Below, piece by piece: positions 43,801-52,702 of a DNA stretch of 64,000 nucleotides. The position numbers and the translations under genes are program-made. Source of the DNA: a virus (lineage: Duplodnaviria; Caudoviricetes); the IMG/VR virus record IMGVR_UViG_3300005719_000009, positions 1 through 64,000 of that record. One strand, given 5' to 3'. The stretch's first letter is position 1, and every line of letters begins with the position of its first letter. The notes under the pieces are model-generated. The model made no database searches. It saw nothing but the letters and a program-made list of their open reading frames with translations, and had not been told where the DNA came from.

Positions 43801-44682
43801 GAATAGATATGTTGCTATGTCATTATCCGGTATCCCTTCTGCGTCTTTATCAATTGAGGCTATAACATACCAATCACTCATTACATTCCCGAAAGAATGT
43901 GCTGCCATTAATTCCACCTTTCTCACATTAGCTGGCCCTGTTTGATATGTTATTGCAATCCTACAATTTTTTGTAGGATCGGCATCGGTAGTCTGATCAA
44001 ATGCATTGTATGGTATTGGCATTTCACTTTGACTACTTGTTATTGACTTATCGTGATCGTCGAAATCCCACCTTGTTTTAAAGCGAAATATTTTTTTTCT
44101 TAAATTATTTACAATACTTGATGCATCATTTTCATAAACAACGTACGGCGGTATGTCTGCTGGCTCTTTTGCAACATCTATATAAGATCGCTGTATACTA
44201 CCATACCCAGAAGCTAATGCCCGATCTATGTTTATTTTAGTCGGCCTCCCAATAGAATCTACAAAATACAATATATCCCCCTGCGTACTATCCCCATATA
44301 TAACATCGATATTGTACAAGATATTAGCCGTAAACGCAAGAGGATCGCCGGTTGTATTTATACCTACCTCTATTAACCTTTGAAATGTCTTGGGGATGGT
44401 GTTATATACATAAATACCGTGATTGCCACTTGAATTATAGTTAAAAACATAAATACGCTTTGATATTGTATCGTACTTGTTTCCTATGTTTTTATTCACC
44501 CCAACTATAGGAAGTAAAGGGTTGGCCAAAAGTAAGTTGCCAGCCTTAACCTTTACGCGCCTGTTTGGGGGCACCCCATCAAACTCAACATTCCTTGCAT
44601 CTCGATGCAATACCTTCCCTATCGATTCCAGTGGAGAATCCAAATCAAGTGTGCCTGCTAATTGTTTTAATTCCGTTGGCAT
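40783..44682 (-). CDS. Tail stabilisation / muzzle-like protein (1299 aa)
   Basis: R.A.N N-terminus; beta-propeller-like repeats; RLSRDG.T..S; crAss-like position. Confidence 0.65.
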   Translation of the reverse strand: MPTELKQLAGTLDLDSPLESIGKVLHRDARNVEFDGVPPNRRVKVKAGNLLLANPLLPIVGVNKNIGNKYDTISKRIYVFNYNSSGNHGIYVYNTIPKTFQRLIEVGINTTGDPLAFTANILYNIDVIYGDSTQGDILYFVDSIGRPTKINIDRALASGYGSIQRSYIDVAKEPADIPPYVVYENDASSIVNNLRKKIFRFKTRWDFDDHDKSITSSQSEMPIPYNAFDQTTDADPTKNCRIAITYQTGPANVRKVELMAAHSFGNVMSDWYVIASIDKDAEGIPDNDIATYLFYNDKGYNNILIAESDQLQDYVPQACIAQALLNGNTLDYGNVTEGYPNLTDFSFNGNTSNITQSDVTPYYSGVLFSNLIANQDGKSGFGTGVIHIVVRGTVQSPSSSLDDYVVYLTNGSTVSYSLSTGDDAAAVIEGLRVDALSQGYTIISSGPNDLYISKAGISLARTNILSDYSYNSTINTSFPAYDWSSRHGYAIVYFDEKYRTNGAVYTSGFSVTSLAYLEASPTSPFIQRFLASIYHQPPDWAYYFQWVRTKDLSKQTFVQWISDRTFKDTVDITGIVKYAYFSIESLNAFVNLNPGSPLAYGFTPGDRVKVMKRYNGDGSTANIYGDVRDYEVVASVINPAINGEAKSGQFIKIILPPTDGSFDFGTGYDNYFIEIYTPARPVANNLNLYYEFGQRYAIANPTLSNRFHQGMLQNQTSNYATPATYEFFKGDFYIKNRAIQTGNVYRYSVTQGSTGSQSDTFLIGLNFTGSTYTDSNVTAQSAPLANLGGSFDPPADSRWFLKAVASTTFKISGTITLTFGEVNPGGDAWRIYLQNIYTDQLNLVGAFDASEGAHTFTINSSITLENDRIFLIAASVGSKKRSITFSASELTFTIDHVISQKCIDPNFSDYYQSAVNSNGREWIFDENANRVTYPTMHRWSMPYQEDTNVNQTSRFYPENFDTVDRSKGGIMRMSVWDRVLTFFQERKCGQTGIYSKYIASNDGNNQVVTTDGIITKNNVQYYAGEYGVGSLPMSVVQSGFVYYGVDPIKNVIWRLSRDGMTDLSELYKVKTWASDNLPKYLNPGDYEFGGKQKVLGTFNIRPDNVAEYLLLAQGTQDAPGEVFAFEESYNSFYSKIDIDADSIICAENKLYAFKNGELWEQSSDAFVSNFFGVQYTPSITVVFNESEAVKKVFNAISYQSNKTWAAPTKGDIATNRVNSQTLVQQESLIMEEDFDILENPSRYAAFNRDQNSMSDEAVALWEGDYMTGNIIIVKLSYSGNTDSYLYAPYVTWKADPRNL

Positions 44683-45420
44683 TTATGCTAATAATTTTTG
44701 CCCATTAGATTCTCTAATCACGGCATTTATATTCTGTAAATTCACTTTCTTCTTCGGCATCCTTCTCCGAGCATTTATCTTTTCTGCTATATATTCATCC
44801 CGCGTCCCCTGTTTAGACTTCCATTTTATAAATGCGATAACAGCCTCCTGACATGCCGTTAATATTTGATAATCGCCGTTATTTTCAGGGCTACTTATGT
44901 ATTCAAGGATTATACTATCAAACCTAAATTCAGGCGAAAGTATAATCAAGTTATTTGCTTCATCCACCTTACACTCACCGTATTGCACAAGCCCACCACC
45001 AACACCAAATAATGGCTGATATTGACCGTTATAATAATAATTCAAATAATATGGATTATTTAATAATGATGGGAAGGCATCTGTAATGTCAGATGACAGT
45101 TTAGATATCCTATTTGGATTTGTATCGGCATACGTAGTTATGGCATTATTTATTTTAAGGGTACTAACTTCCCCGTTGTTATTCAAAATTCCTATTTTAA
45201 CCCATGAAATGTAATCATGTGGGAATGCCACGGTTTTATTTCCTCCAACCGGCAATCTCACCGTAATTGTTTCAGCGGTAATATCAAATAATAAATCAAC
45301 AAGCGCCCTGAACCCGAGAACCCACGCTCTATCAAACTCGCCACCAGATTGATTGTTTTCGTCGAGACAGTATGAAACAACTGTTTTCAAAGGAACATAC
45401 TTTGCTATATCTGTAGGCAT
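44683..45420 (-). CDS. Tail ring / tubular protein
   Basis: LPVGGNKTV.FP.DY..WVK; ILEYIS; position. Confidence 0.6.
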   Translation of the reverse strand: MPTDIAKYVPLKTVVSYCLDENNQSGGEFDRAWVLGFRALVDLLFDITAETITVRLPVGGNKTVAFPHDYISWVKIGILNNNGEVSTLKINNAITTYADTNPNRISKLSSDITDAFPSLLNNPYYLNYYYNGQYQPLFGVGGGLVQYGECKVDEANNLIILSPEFRFDSIILEYISSPENNGDYQILTACQEAVIAFIKWKSKQGTRDEYIAEKINARRRMPKKKVNLQNINAVIRESNGQKLLA

Positions 45421-45425
45421 TTAAT

Positions 45426-46091
45426 TTATGATTTTTGTGTTGTATTACCAGCCCCTATATTATCTTCAATAACATCTTTAGGCATCTTATATCGCTGCGT
45501 CAATTTTTGATACGCTAAATTATAAATGCCTTCTATGGCATCATCTGGCAGATTTAACCGTTCCGTCATAGACGATGTTCGCGTATTCAACATTTCTACA
45601 TATACTGGCATATCAAATAACGGAGTTCCATCGTTCGCGGTAATATAAATAGTCTCACCTCTTATTATGGCCTCTGCCCCTGCCGGTCGAGGCATGTTTT
45701 TTCTATACCCAGCCCTCTTTGTTTTTATAAGAGCTATCTCTTGCCCGATGCCATTCGCGGCATTCGCGAAATATACCCTGCTTATGCTATATCCTAATGG
45801 TAAAGACACAGGCGGCTGAGGCAATGTAGCATACCATTCCCCCGTAACCGCATCTTGAACGAGCGCAGACAAGGCGTATCTTGTCATATATCCATCCGGC
45901 ACTTCCAATGTTCCCAACACCTTAGCCCCGGCGTACACTTGCCCTACTGCATTGTAAGCTAATGCCTGATCAATATGCAACAATGCTTCTTTTTCAGAAA
46001 ACGAAAACTCATCATCTGGGAAATCATTTGCAATGTCTTGTCTCAGCCTTTGAACAAGTAACTTTTTTGTATATGGTATTAATGATGCCAT
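45426..46091 (-). CDS. Tail ring / adaptor protein
   Basis: LP..P..LP.G; position. Confidence 0.55.
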   Translation of the reverse strand: MASLIPYTKKLLVQRLRQDIANDFPDDEFSFSEKEALLHIDQALAYNAVGQVYAGAKVLGTLEVPDGYMTRYALSALVQDAVTGEWYATLPQPPVSLPLGYSISRVYFANAANGIGQEIALIKTKRAGYRKNMPRPAGAEAIIRGETIYITANDGTPLFDMPVYVEMLNTRTSSMTERLNLPDDAIEGIYNLAYQKLTQRYKMPKDVIEDNIGAGNTTQKS

Positions 46092-46762
46092 TAGTTTCCT
46101 GTATTAATTACGCTTTTGCCGTATTGAGTAAAGTCATTGTCGTGGTACGAAACACCAAATGAATCAAGTGTTCTTTTGGTTATTTCAAGGATATCTTCTT
46201 GCATCCATTGCGGCTGCACACTTGCCCCGGAACTATACACTTGCCTTCCTGATACTATCGTGTACCCCCAAACTACATCTGTAGGTGTAGCTATGTAGTC
46301 TATCTCCGCCTCGGTTACAGTTGATGGAAAGAAGGTGTACTTATTTAAGTAAGGCGTATAATAATAACAGTCCTCCGAAATTAATGGCGGATCAATTACA
46401 TTGTCGTTAACAGTAGCTATCTGGTTTTTATTTATATGTAAAACGGCTTTGCCATTTATCCTAAGAGCAAGTAAGTATGAAAAATCAGAAGGTTTAGGCC
46501 CATCACCAGAAGTTATTGTAATAGTGTCATTTTTTGTAAATGGCGATAACTTGGTCTCTATTGTTTCGTTTTCAATTAACCCTGTATTCGCCCCCGACTT
46601 GCCATTGCTCCGGGCCTGAAATCTCCCTTTTAAATCCATAAAATACGCCAACTGCTCACTATTCCACGCATAAAAAAACTCAGTAGCCGACACGCTGCCG
46701 CTTTGATTTTTTCTTAGTAAGAATCTAAGAAACCCATAAAGTTGATCAACATTCCATGCCAT
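46091..46762 (-). CDS. Tail ring / adaptor protein
   Basis: KNQSG.VS..EF; IDYI..P.DV.WGY; position. Confidence 0.6.
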   Translation of the reverse strand: MAWNVDQLYGFLRFLLRKNQSGSVSATEFFYAWNSEQLAYFMDLKGRFQARSNGKSGANTGLIENETIETKLSPFTKNDTITITSGDGPKPSDFSYLLALRINGKAVLHINKNQIATVNDNVIDPPLISEDCYYYTPYLNKYTFFPSTVTEAEIDYIATPTDVVWGYTIVSGRQVYSSGASVQPQWMQEDILEITKRTLDSFGVSYHDNDFTQYGKSVINTGN

Positions 46763-46772
46763 AATAAAGAAT

Positions 46773-46800
46773 AAAAGCCTACCACTATAGGATAGGCTTT
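46773..46800 (-). terminator. Intrinsic terminator
   Basis: AAAGCCTA-N11-TAGGCTTT. Confidence 0.6.
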
Positions 46801-46826
46801 ATTTTAGATGATATTTATGAAAGAAC

Positions 46827-47810
46827 TTAATCAAACAACGCCTTCAGTTGAACCGCAAAATCTTCTCCTTCCTGCAATTGCGAGAACTCGAACAATTTTT
46901 GCCCAATCGCCTCATTTGATTTCATGCCAGAAATATCACAAATCACATTATTGCTACCTCTCCATGTCGCTTTATTAGGATTAAATTTATTTGAAATCAA
47001 CCCTTCTGTCAACGCCTTTTCAATGTAATATTTCATCTCAATGCTCTTATTGCCATAGCTCTCTATAAAATTGGCTGCATTTTTAATTGCTTCCTTCTTA
47101 TAAAGAACCCGCACTTCTTCTGGTGTCAATTCGTTTTCAGAATCAAAATCAAAAAGAGGTATTTCAAGATATGATGCATGAATCATCATTTTCTTAACCG
47201 TAGCTTCTTTTGCCAGTTGCATTGCTTTGTCAATCTCTTCGAGTTTTTTATTTTCTTTTGACATTCTCAAAGTAGGATCAACTGACACAAAGATGGCATC
47301 TGCCGATCTGGTTCTAAACGGGCTGTTGGCGTTCCAGCTACAAATATTCAAATACAAAAGCAACATGCGCTCGTCCCCATAACATCCGAACTTGCCTTCA
47401 AGAAAATTACGAGGCTTTGTTGATTTTATAAATATTTCAATATCCTCCCTCTCCTTTGGTTGCTCGTCTGCAAATATTGAGCTACACCCATCATAATATC
47501 TCACTATCCGACGCTGGCCCTTCCAAATCACTTGCGATGTGAATACTATGTTCTGAAAAGGCTTAAACCGTTTGTGAGGCTCAGGACGGGCTTTCTGCCC
47601 AACTATGCCAATTACAGGCAATTCTCTTTCAATGTTTTCCGTAGCCAACTCAAACACATATTTCTTAAATGGGTCAAATTCCATTCTTAAGTATTCCGCT
47701 TCAAGTGGATATCTTTCTTTTTCAATTGTTTGCTGTTGAGCTATAGGCGGTGTTGCAGATAGCCGCTTTTTCTCTTTTTTTGGGGCTAACTCTTTATTAG
47801 CTTGTGCCAT
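46827..47810 (-). CDS. Conserved capsid-module protein immediately downstream of MCP (crAss-like)
   Basis: RY....SSIF.DEQ...F..G pattern; synteny. Confidence 0.55.
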   Translation of the reverse strand: MAQANKELAPKKEKKRLSATPPIAQQQTIEKERYPLEAEYLRMEFDPFKKYVFELATENIERELPVIGIVGQKARPEPHKRFKPFQNIVFTSQVIWKGQRRIVRYYDGCSSIFADEQPKEREDIEIFIKSTKPRNFLEGKFGCYGDERMLLLYLNICSWNANSPFRTRSADAIFVSVDPTLRMSKENKKLEEIDKAMQLAKEATVKKMMIHASYLEIPLFDFDSENELTPEEVRVLYKKEAIKNAANFIESYGNKSIEMKYYIEKALTEGLISNKFNPNKATWRGSNNVICDISGMKSNEAIGQKLFEFSQLQEGEDFAVQLKALFD

Positions 47811-47824
47811 ATTTTTAAATTATA

Positions 47825-47860
47825 TAAGGGGCAATACATGTCATCATGCATTGCCCCTTA
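47825..47860 (-). terminator. Strong hairpin after the MCP stop (terminator or stabiliser)
   Basis: TAAGGGGCAAT...ATTGCCCCTTA. Confidence 0.55.
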
Positions 47861-47864
47861 CGGA

Positions 47865-49271
47865 TTAAGAAATCAAACCTTTTAATATAGAAAATTGCTC
47901 GGCTGCTGTTACACGTGATCCAACATATGCGATTTGTTCATATTTGTTAGATGCCTCTGTTGTTTTTGTAGGCTTTGTATAACCTAAATCCCAACTGTAA
48001 ATACGCTGTGAAGTTGGTATATCCGGGTTTTGCTGATATACCCATTGCATATAAGGACGCGTAGAACTATCTTTTGCATCCTGTGTCATGCCCTGTGGAA
48101 CGCCAAACCCGAAGTTTGCCCGATAATCGCCTACCGTTGGAGTATACCCGAAAACCGCCTGTGCGGTAAACCCTTTGTAACGGTGAAAGTGGAAGTCAAA
48201 AGTATCAGTAGAGAAACTCTTGAAGCCGTAGCTTACAGAAGCTTCTGCACTTTGCCCTACGCTGCCATAACTTATTGCTCCGTTACGATAAATACCAAAC
48301 AGCAAGTTGTTTATATCCTGCCGTTGCTTTAAATCCTGAAGGAAGTGGTATTCACGTGGGCCACCATTCGCATCTAATACATTGGTGAAATTCTGAAAAT
48401 CGCCAATCATGAAGTTATTTGTCACATAATCCACTTCAGAGCCACGTGCAATTACATCAGGCAAAACCCCCACCGTACCAACGGTGCCGGAAATGTTCGC
48501 GTAAGGCACCCCTTCCATTACAGCATCTTCAATATTCAGCATCATTTGGTCATTCATGGTCTTAACCGCCAAATATGGCAGGTAATAATTACCACCACCA
48601 AAATCAATCTGAGTTTTGTTCATGCCAGCCAAGTCGCTCGCCTTAACAGAAGCACGTGCAACTGTAGCAGTGTTGTCATAACGATACAACTTCTGCTGCT
48701 GTGTGCCCTGACTGTCGGACGCCTCCCCAGCTAACTGATTACCGAAGGTTTCCAGCCCCTCACCAGCCAATACAGTTGTGCCGGTTCCAGAGTGCACAGT
48801 ATATGCCCCCATTGGGGTAAGCTCCAATACAAAGGCACTTGTGGTTCGCGTTACATTGGTAACCTTAAACTTCAAACCATTTGAGCGGAATTTTACCGTC
48901 TGGTTCAAAAGGAACGGCGATTGTGTCCCGGCAGTTCCATCATTATAGGATTGGGGGCTTTTAAGTGTCACATTCACAGCAGCACCACTTGCTCCCTGCG
49001 CAACAGTTGTAGCCACTAAACCAGAACCATAAGGACGGCCCTTTTCAAAATGCGAAAAAGTATTAGTAGTTGTATTTGTTTCCTCGATATTGGTTCTGCC
49101 CAAAATCTCCATTGCCAACATGTACGAGTTGTTACCGTACTTAGCAATAAGACCCGGAATATAATCAGGGATAACAAAATTCAAGTCATTAAAAATACCG
49201 GTTGTTAGCCCGAGTGGATAACCCACCGGGCCGGGCTGACCGGTTGCGCCTCTTACTATAGCACTTGGCAT
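47865..49271 (-). CDS. Major capsid protein (crAss-like type)
   Basis: 468 aa; N-terminal P.....KYGN.S helix; G..GT.G....V..RG; synteny with scaffold, terminase and portal. Confidence 0.8.
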   Translation of the reverse strand: MPSAIVRGATGQPGPVGYPLGLTTGIFNDLNFVIPDYIPGLIAKYGNNSYMLAMEILGRTNIEETNTTTNTFSHFEKGRPYGSGLVATTVAQGASGAAVNVTLKSPQSYNDGTAGTQSPFLLNQTVKFRSNGLKFKVTNVTRTTSAFVLELTPMGAYTVHSGTGTTVLAGEGLETFGNQLAGEASDSQGTQQQKLYRYDNTATVARASVKASDLAGMNKTQIDFGGGNYYLPYLAVKTMNDQMMLNIEDAVMEGVPYANISGTVGTVGVLPDVIARGSEVDYVTNNFMIGDFQNFTNVLDANGGPREYHFLQDLKQRQDINNLLFGIYRNGAISYGSVGQSAEASVSYGFKSFSTDTFDFHFHRYKGFTAQAVFGYTPTVGDYRANFGFGVPQGMTQDAKDSSTRPYMQWVYQQNPDIPTSQRIYSWDLGYTKPTKTTEASNKYEQIAYVGSRVTAAEQFSILKGLIS

Positions 49272-49301
49272 ATTAAAAAATTAAAAAATTAGGAGTTATT
49301 G

Positions 49302-50501
49302 TTAATACCCTCCGTACCCCTTCAACGAAGCCCTCATTTGCTTATCTAATTCACTTGGCTCTTGCGTTTGCGCTATTTGCCTTACTAAGCCGCCTTGTGT
49401 ATTATCTGGCAAACTTGCCTTTATAGCTGCGTTTTTCCCCTGATTGATTGCTGCCATAATAATTTTATCCTTATTATTGGCATAATAGATGGCATCCAAA
49501 AACAATTGTCTATTCGGGCTTCCATCCGAATTAGTAAATGTCTGCCAAAACTTATCAGCGTCACACGCAGTTTCTACAGCTTTTGAAAATCCTTCCGCAT
49601 CTGGCTCGTAATGAAACTCGAAGGCAATTTTATTGGCTTCATCATTAAAATTGATCTTAGTTTCGATAGCCTTTGGGGTCAAAGATTTATAAGCTTCTTT
49701 TGTCTCCAAATCCGACTTAGCTTTTTCTTCCAACATTTTCTTATATTGGATATAGCCTTCATCGGTAGGAGTTTCTATATCTGGGATGGAGAATTTCGTT
49801 CTTGCTTTTTCGAGATCGGGCCTTGTTAATTTAGCCTCAATCATCAAGTCCATTTGTTTTTCCGTAACCTGATCCTGCCAGTTGGATATTCTTTCCTGAT
49901 ACTCGGCATCTTCCTCTCCAACATTCTGTGCGGGTTTTGGCGGGATTGAAAATTGCTTACCAAACCGGTAGTTTATTTCATCGGGGGTGAGGTCTTTGTA
50001 TTTTAGCTGCATCCCCATTTTCACAATGTCTGCTGCCGTTTCCTTTGTCACTTCGCCGGTCATGAGACTTTCAAGCCTCATTTCGCGATCCAAGTGCTGC
50101 CAAACTTCTTTTCTATCCCCCTTAGCAATAGCTCTCAAAAAAGCTGCACTTTCATCATCGGGCACCTGAAATTCTTGTGGCCGAGGCGCTGCCCTGAAAG
50201 CTCGCAAGTCCTCTATGTCTTTTACTGCTGCTTCCGGGGTGTCATATCCGAATTTCTCCTTAAAAAGATCGAATGGATTAGACGCAACGGTTGTTGCGGA
50301 AGCGCCTGCGCCATCTGTTGACGAAGTGGCGCTTTCTATTCCACGTGAAACATCTGAACTTTCTGAATTTTCAGTAGAAGCAGGGGGCATGCCGCCATTA
50401 AGGCTTAATGCCATTTGCTGTGCTAATTCCGTCTTAAAATCTGGTTGTACTGTTTCCGTAGACTGATGTACTACTACAGGTTCATTAACATTGTCTGCCA
50501 T
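49302..50501 (-). CDS. Putative scaffolding protein
   Basis: Acidic, helical, directly upstream of MCP. Confidence 0.55.
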   Translation of the reverse strand: MADNVNEPVVVHQSTETVQPDFKTELAQQMALSLNGGMPPASTENSESSDVSRGIESATSSTDGAGASATTVASNPFDLFKEKFGYDTPEAAVKDIEDLRAFRAAPRPQEFQVPDDESAAFLRAIAKGDRKEVWQHLDREMRLESLMTGEVTKETAADIVKMGMQLKYKDLTPDEINYRFGKQFSIPPKPAQNVGEEDAEYQERISNWQDQVTEKQMDLMIEAKLTRPDLEKARTKFSIPDIETPTDEGYIQYKKMLEEKAKSDLETKEAYKSLTPKAIETKINFNDEANKIAFEFHYEPDAEGFSKAVETACDADKFWQTFTNSDGSPNRQLFLDAIYYANNKDKIIMAAINQGKNAAIKASLPDNTQGGLVRQIAQTQEPSELDKQMRASLKGYGGY

Positions 50502-50613
50502 ATTGATTGGGAATGTTTTATGGCAGTAAAATTAGTTTTATATCCAGCAGTTTCTTTTGGAGTAATAAGCATAGGGTATCAAAGTGATACCCTCATTGTA
50601 TATAAACGTATAA

Positions 50614-52701
50614 TTAATTGAGTTTCGCCCTGTATGTGCGTAGTATTTGCTTTGGTTTTGTCTTTGGCTTGTCGCCGCCTCTGGGTCGCGGCCTGCCTAA
50701 CATTGGCAATAAGCTCATCATAAAGCTAACGGTAAGGTGAAATGGCGTTCGTTCGGAGTGGTTATAATGCATCGAGTCTTCAAGTAAAGGAATATATTCG
50801 ACCCTGTGTACATTTCCGTTGTACACCACCATGCTATCTCCGTCGTAATACTTTTTGGCAACCTCCAATTGCTTTGCAAGCTCAAATGGGTTGCCAGATT
50901 GGGTTCCGGGAAGTATTTTTTGTTTTGGCTTTGTAAGATCGACTGCCGGAGTCCATTCAAGGCACTGCAACGCATCCCATTCTAAAAAATCTTCATAGAA
51001 CCATGTCCCTGCATCAATTTCAACATTCATTTTACACCCAAAAAACAAACAAGTCAGGAACATTTGTCGGTTGAATTGCTTTATTAATTTTGGCCTATCT
51101 AAGAAAAAGAAAACAGGCCTTAGCCCGGTTTCTTTGCCATCTATAATGCATGATTTTTTAGTCACACATATAGCCCCATCCGATCCCCCGTCCGCAAAGA
51201 TGTTTTTATATGTATCTGCCCCGCCGCTATACATCAGCGTATTTTCAGGTTCTATGGTGCCGTTGCTATCCCTATACAAATTAGGCTCTACTGGAAGCTC
51301 TTTGATCCAACAAGGCCCACTTTTATCGTCAACCCATTTTACAATTATTTTCTTTTCTTCGTTATCATAATCTTCATCCCATCTTCCTTGTCTCCAAAAC
51401 GCCACCTCTGGATTCTTTTTTAAAAACTCTATGCGCTCTATGAAGTTTTCCTCATTAAATTCACATGTTCCTGTTTCGAACGCGAACATGTCGTATTCAT
51501 CGAGTGGGTAATCCCTTCGATGATCCATTAGCTCTTTATCCTTTAGCCCTTCTCGTTCACGTAATATTATTGTCCGTGAGCCTTCGGTAATCCAGCAACC
51601 ATCGTTACCCAATACAGGCTCGACAGGATCATCAATAACACTTTCGCCAAATTTATCTATACACCCATCGTACCCTTCAAGGGCAGTGTCGAATATCCTT
51701 ACAACCTTACTTGGTGTATGTATACCATATGGCTTGCCTGTTTTAGGGTTTATTTCATTCTGATCGGCGGCATCCCAAAATTTCCTGAAATTCTCGCCGC
51801 CTTTTTTCTTTGGATTAACTGTTGTCGGTATATACGCAAAGCCTACCTTTTTCTTACCTCTTCTTAGACATGACTTTACTTTACTCCAATATGTATTAAC
51901 ATCTACTTTCTCCCATTTCCCCCACTCATCTCCTAAGAAATAAGATAAGCGACCGCTATCATAACTATTGAGTGTTGTTGGCTGGTAGTCGATGTAGCTA
52001 TTAAGCCCTTCCCTTTTTATGTTAGCGCCTTTTTTCTTTTTTTCTGTGGGCTTAATGAATTTCACGTATGTATCACTACTACCATCCATGTCTTCTACAA
52101 AGCAAGGCAACATGGCCCTGAAACCGCGAAGAAAAAGCATTTGGAATATTTTCTTAATGGATTCATCATTATATGAAACCATCCCTCCAATCATCTCTTT
52201 ATTGCGGCCACATATCCACCACTCAAAAAACGTACCCTCCGTTGTGGCCCCTTTACGGCGAGACTTACCGCGTGTCATTGCTAACACCGGTATATCATCT
52301 CTTAATAAATATTCTTTTAAAATGAAAATTTTTCTTGTGCAGTTTCTGTAGTCAGGCCTATCCCCGGTTTCAAGAGTCCAATAATTAACATACCCATACA
52401 TGGAGCCGGGAATAAACGTCAATACTCCATTTATCATGGCATAGATGCCATGCGTCATTCTGTCTTTTTCTCTTTCAACCCATTTTTTCTGTACGTCTGT
52501 ATATGTATGTTCTTTGTTTACGATAGCTACAATATCGTCATCAGTAAATGGGACTTCCGTTCTGCGGAAAAATTGCTCCGATTGAGGGAGGTCAGAATAC
52601 ATTATTTCTTCCCCTTCAATGTACTCGCCATCTTCCGTAACCGAAGCCTTTCTTAATTCTCTGTACTCTGCATCTATTCCCTGTATGTGTAATACTCCCA
52701 T
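50614..52701 (-). CDS. terL: Terminase large subunit
   Basis: Walker A KSRRKGAT; Walker B YFLGDEWGK; nuclease GADTY and SDGA motifs. Confidence 0.9.
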   Translation of the reverse strand: MGVLHIQGIDAEYRELRKASVTEDGEYIEGEEIMYSDLPQSEQFFRRTEVPFTDDDIVAIVNKEHTYTDVQKKWVEREKDRMTHGIYAMINGVLTFIPGSMYGYVNYWTLETGDRPDYRNCTRKIFILKEYLLRDDIPVLAMTRGKSRRKGATTEGTFFEWWICGRNKEMIGGMVSYNDESIKKIFQMLFLRGFRAMLPCFVEDMDGSSDTYVKFIKPTEKKKKGANIKREGLNSYIDYQPTTLNSYDSGRLSYFLGDEWGKWEKVDVNTYWSKVKSCLRRGKKKVGFAYIPTTVNPKKKGGENFRKFWDAADQNEINPKTGKPYGIHTPSKVVRIFDTALEGYDGCIDKFGESVIDDPVEPVLGNDGCWITEGSRTIILREREGLKDKELMDHRRDYPLDEYDMFAFETGTCEFNEENFIERIEFLKKNPEVAFWRQGRWDEDYDNEEKKIIVKWVDDKSGPCWIKELPVEPNLYRDSNGTIEPENTLMYSGGADTYKNIFADGGSDGAICVTKKSCIIDGKETGLRPVFFFLDRPKLIKQFNRQMFLTCLFFGCKMNVEIDAGTWFYEDFLEWDALQCLEWTPAVDLTKPKQKILPGTQSGNPFELAKQLEVAKKYYDGDSMVVYNGNVHRVEYIPLLEDSMHYNHSERTPFHLTVSFMMSLLPMLGRPRPRGGDKPKTKPKQILRTYRAKLN

Positions 52702-52702
52702 G

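Noticed and set aside
50573-50592. GGGTATC-N5-GATACCC palindrome as a third RHH operator
   Set aside because: Half-sites are in the opposite orientation to GATA-N9-TATC; more simply an RNA hairpin between terL and scaffold
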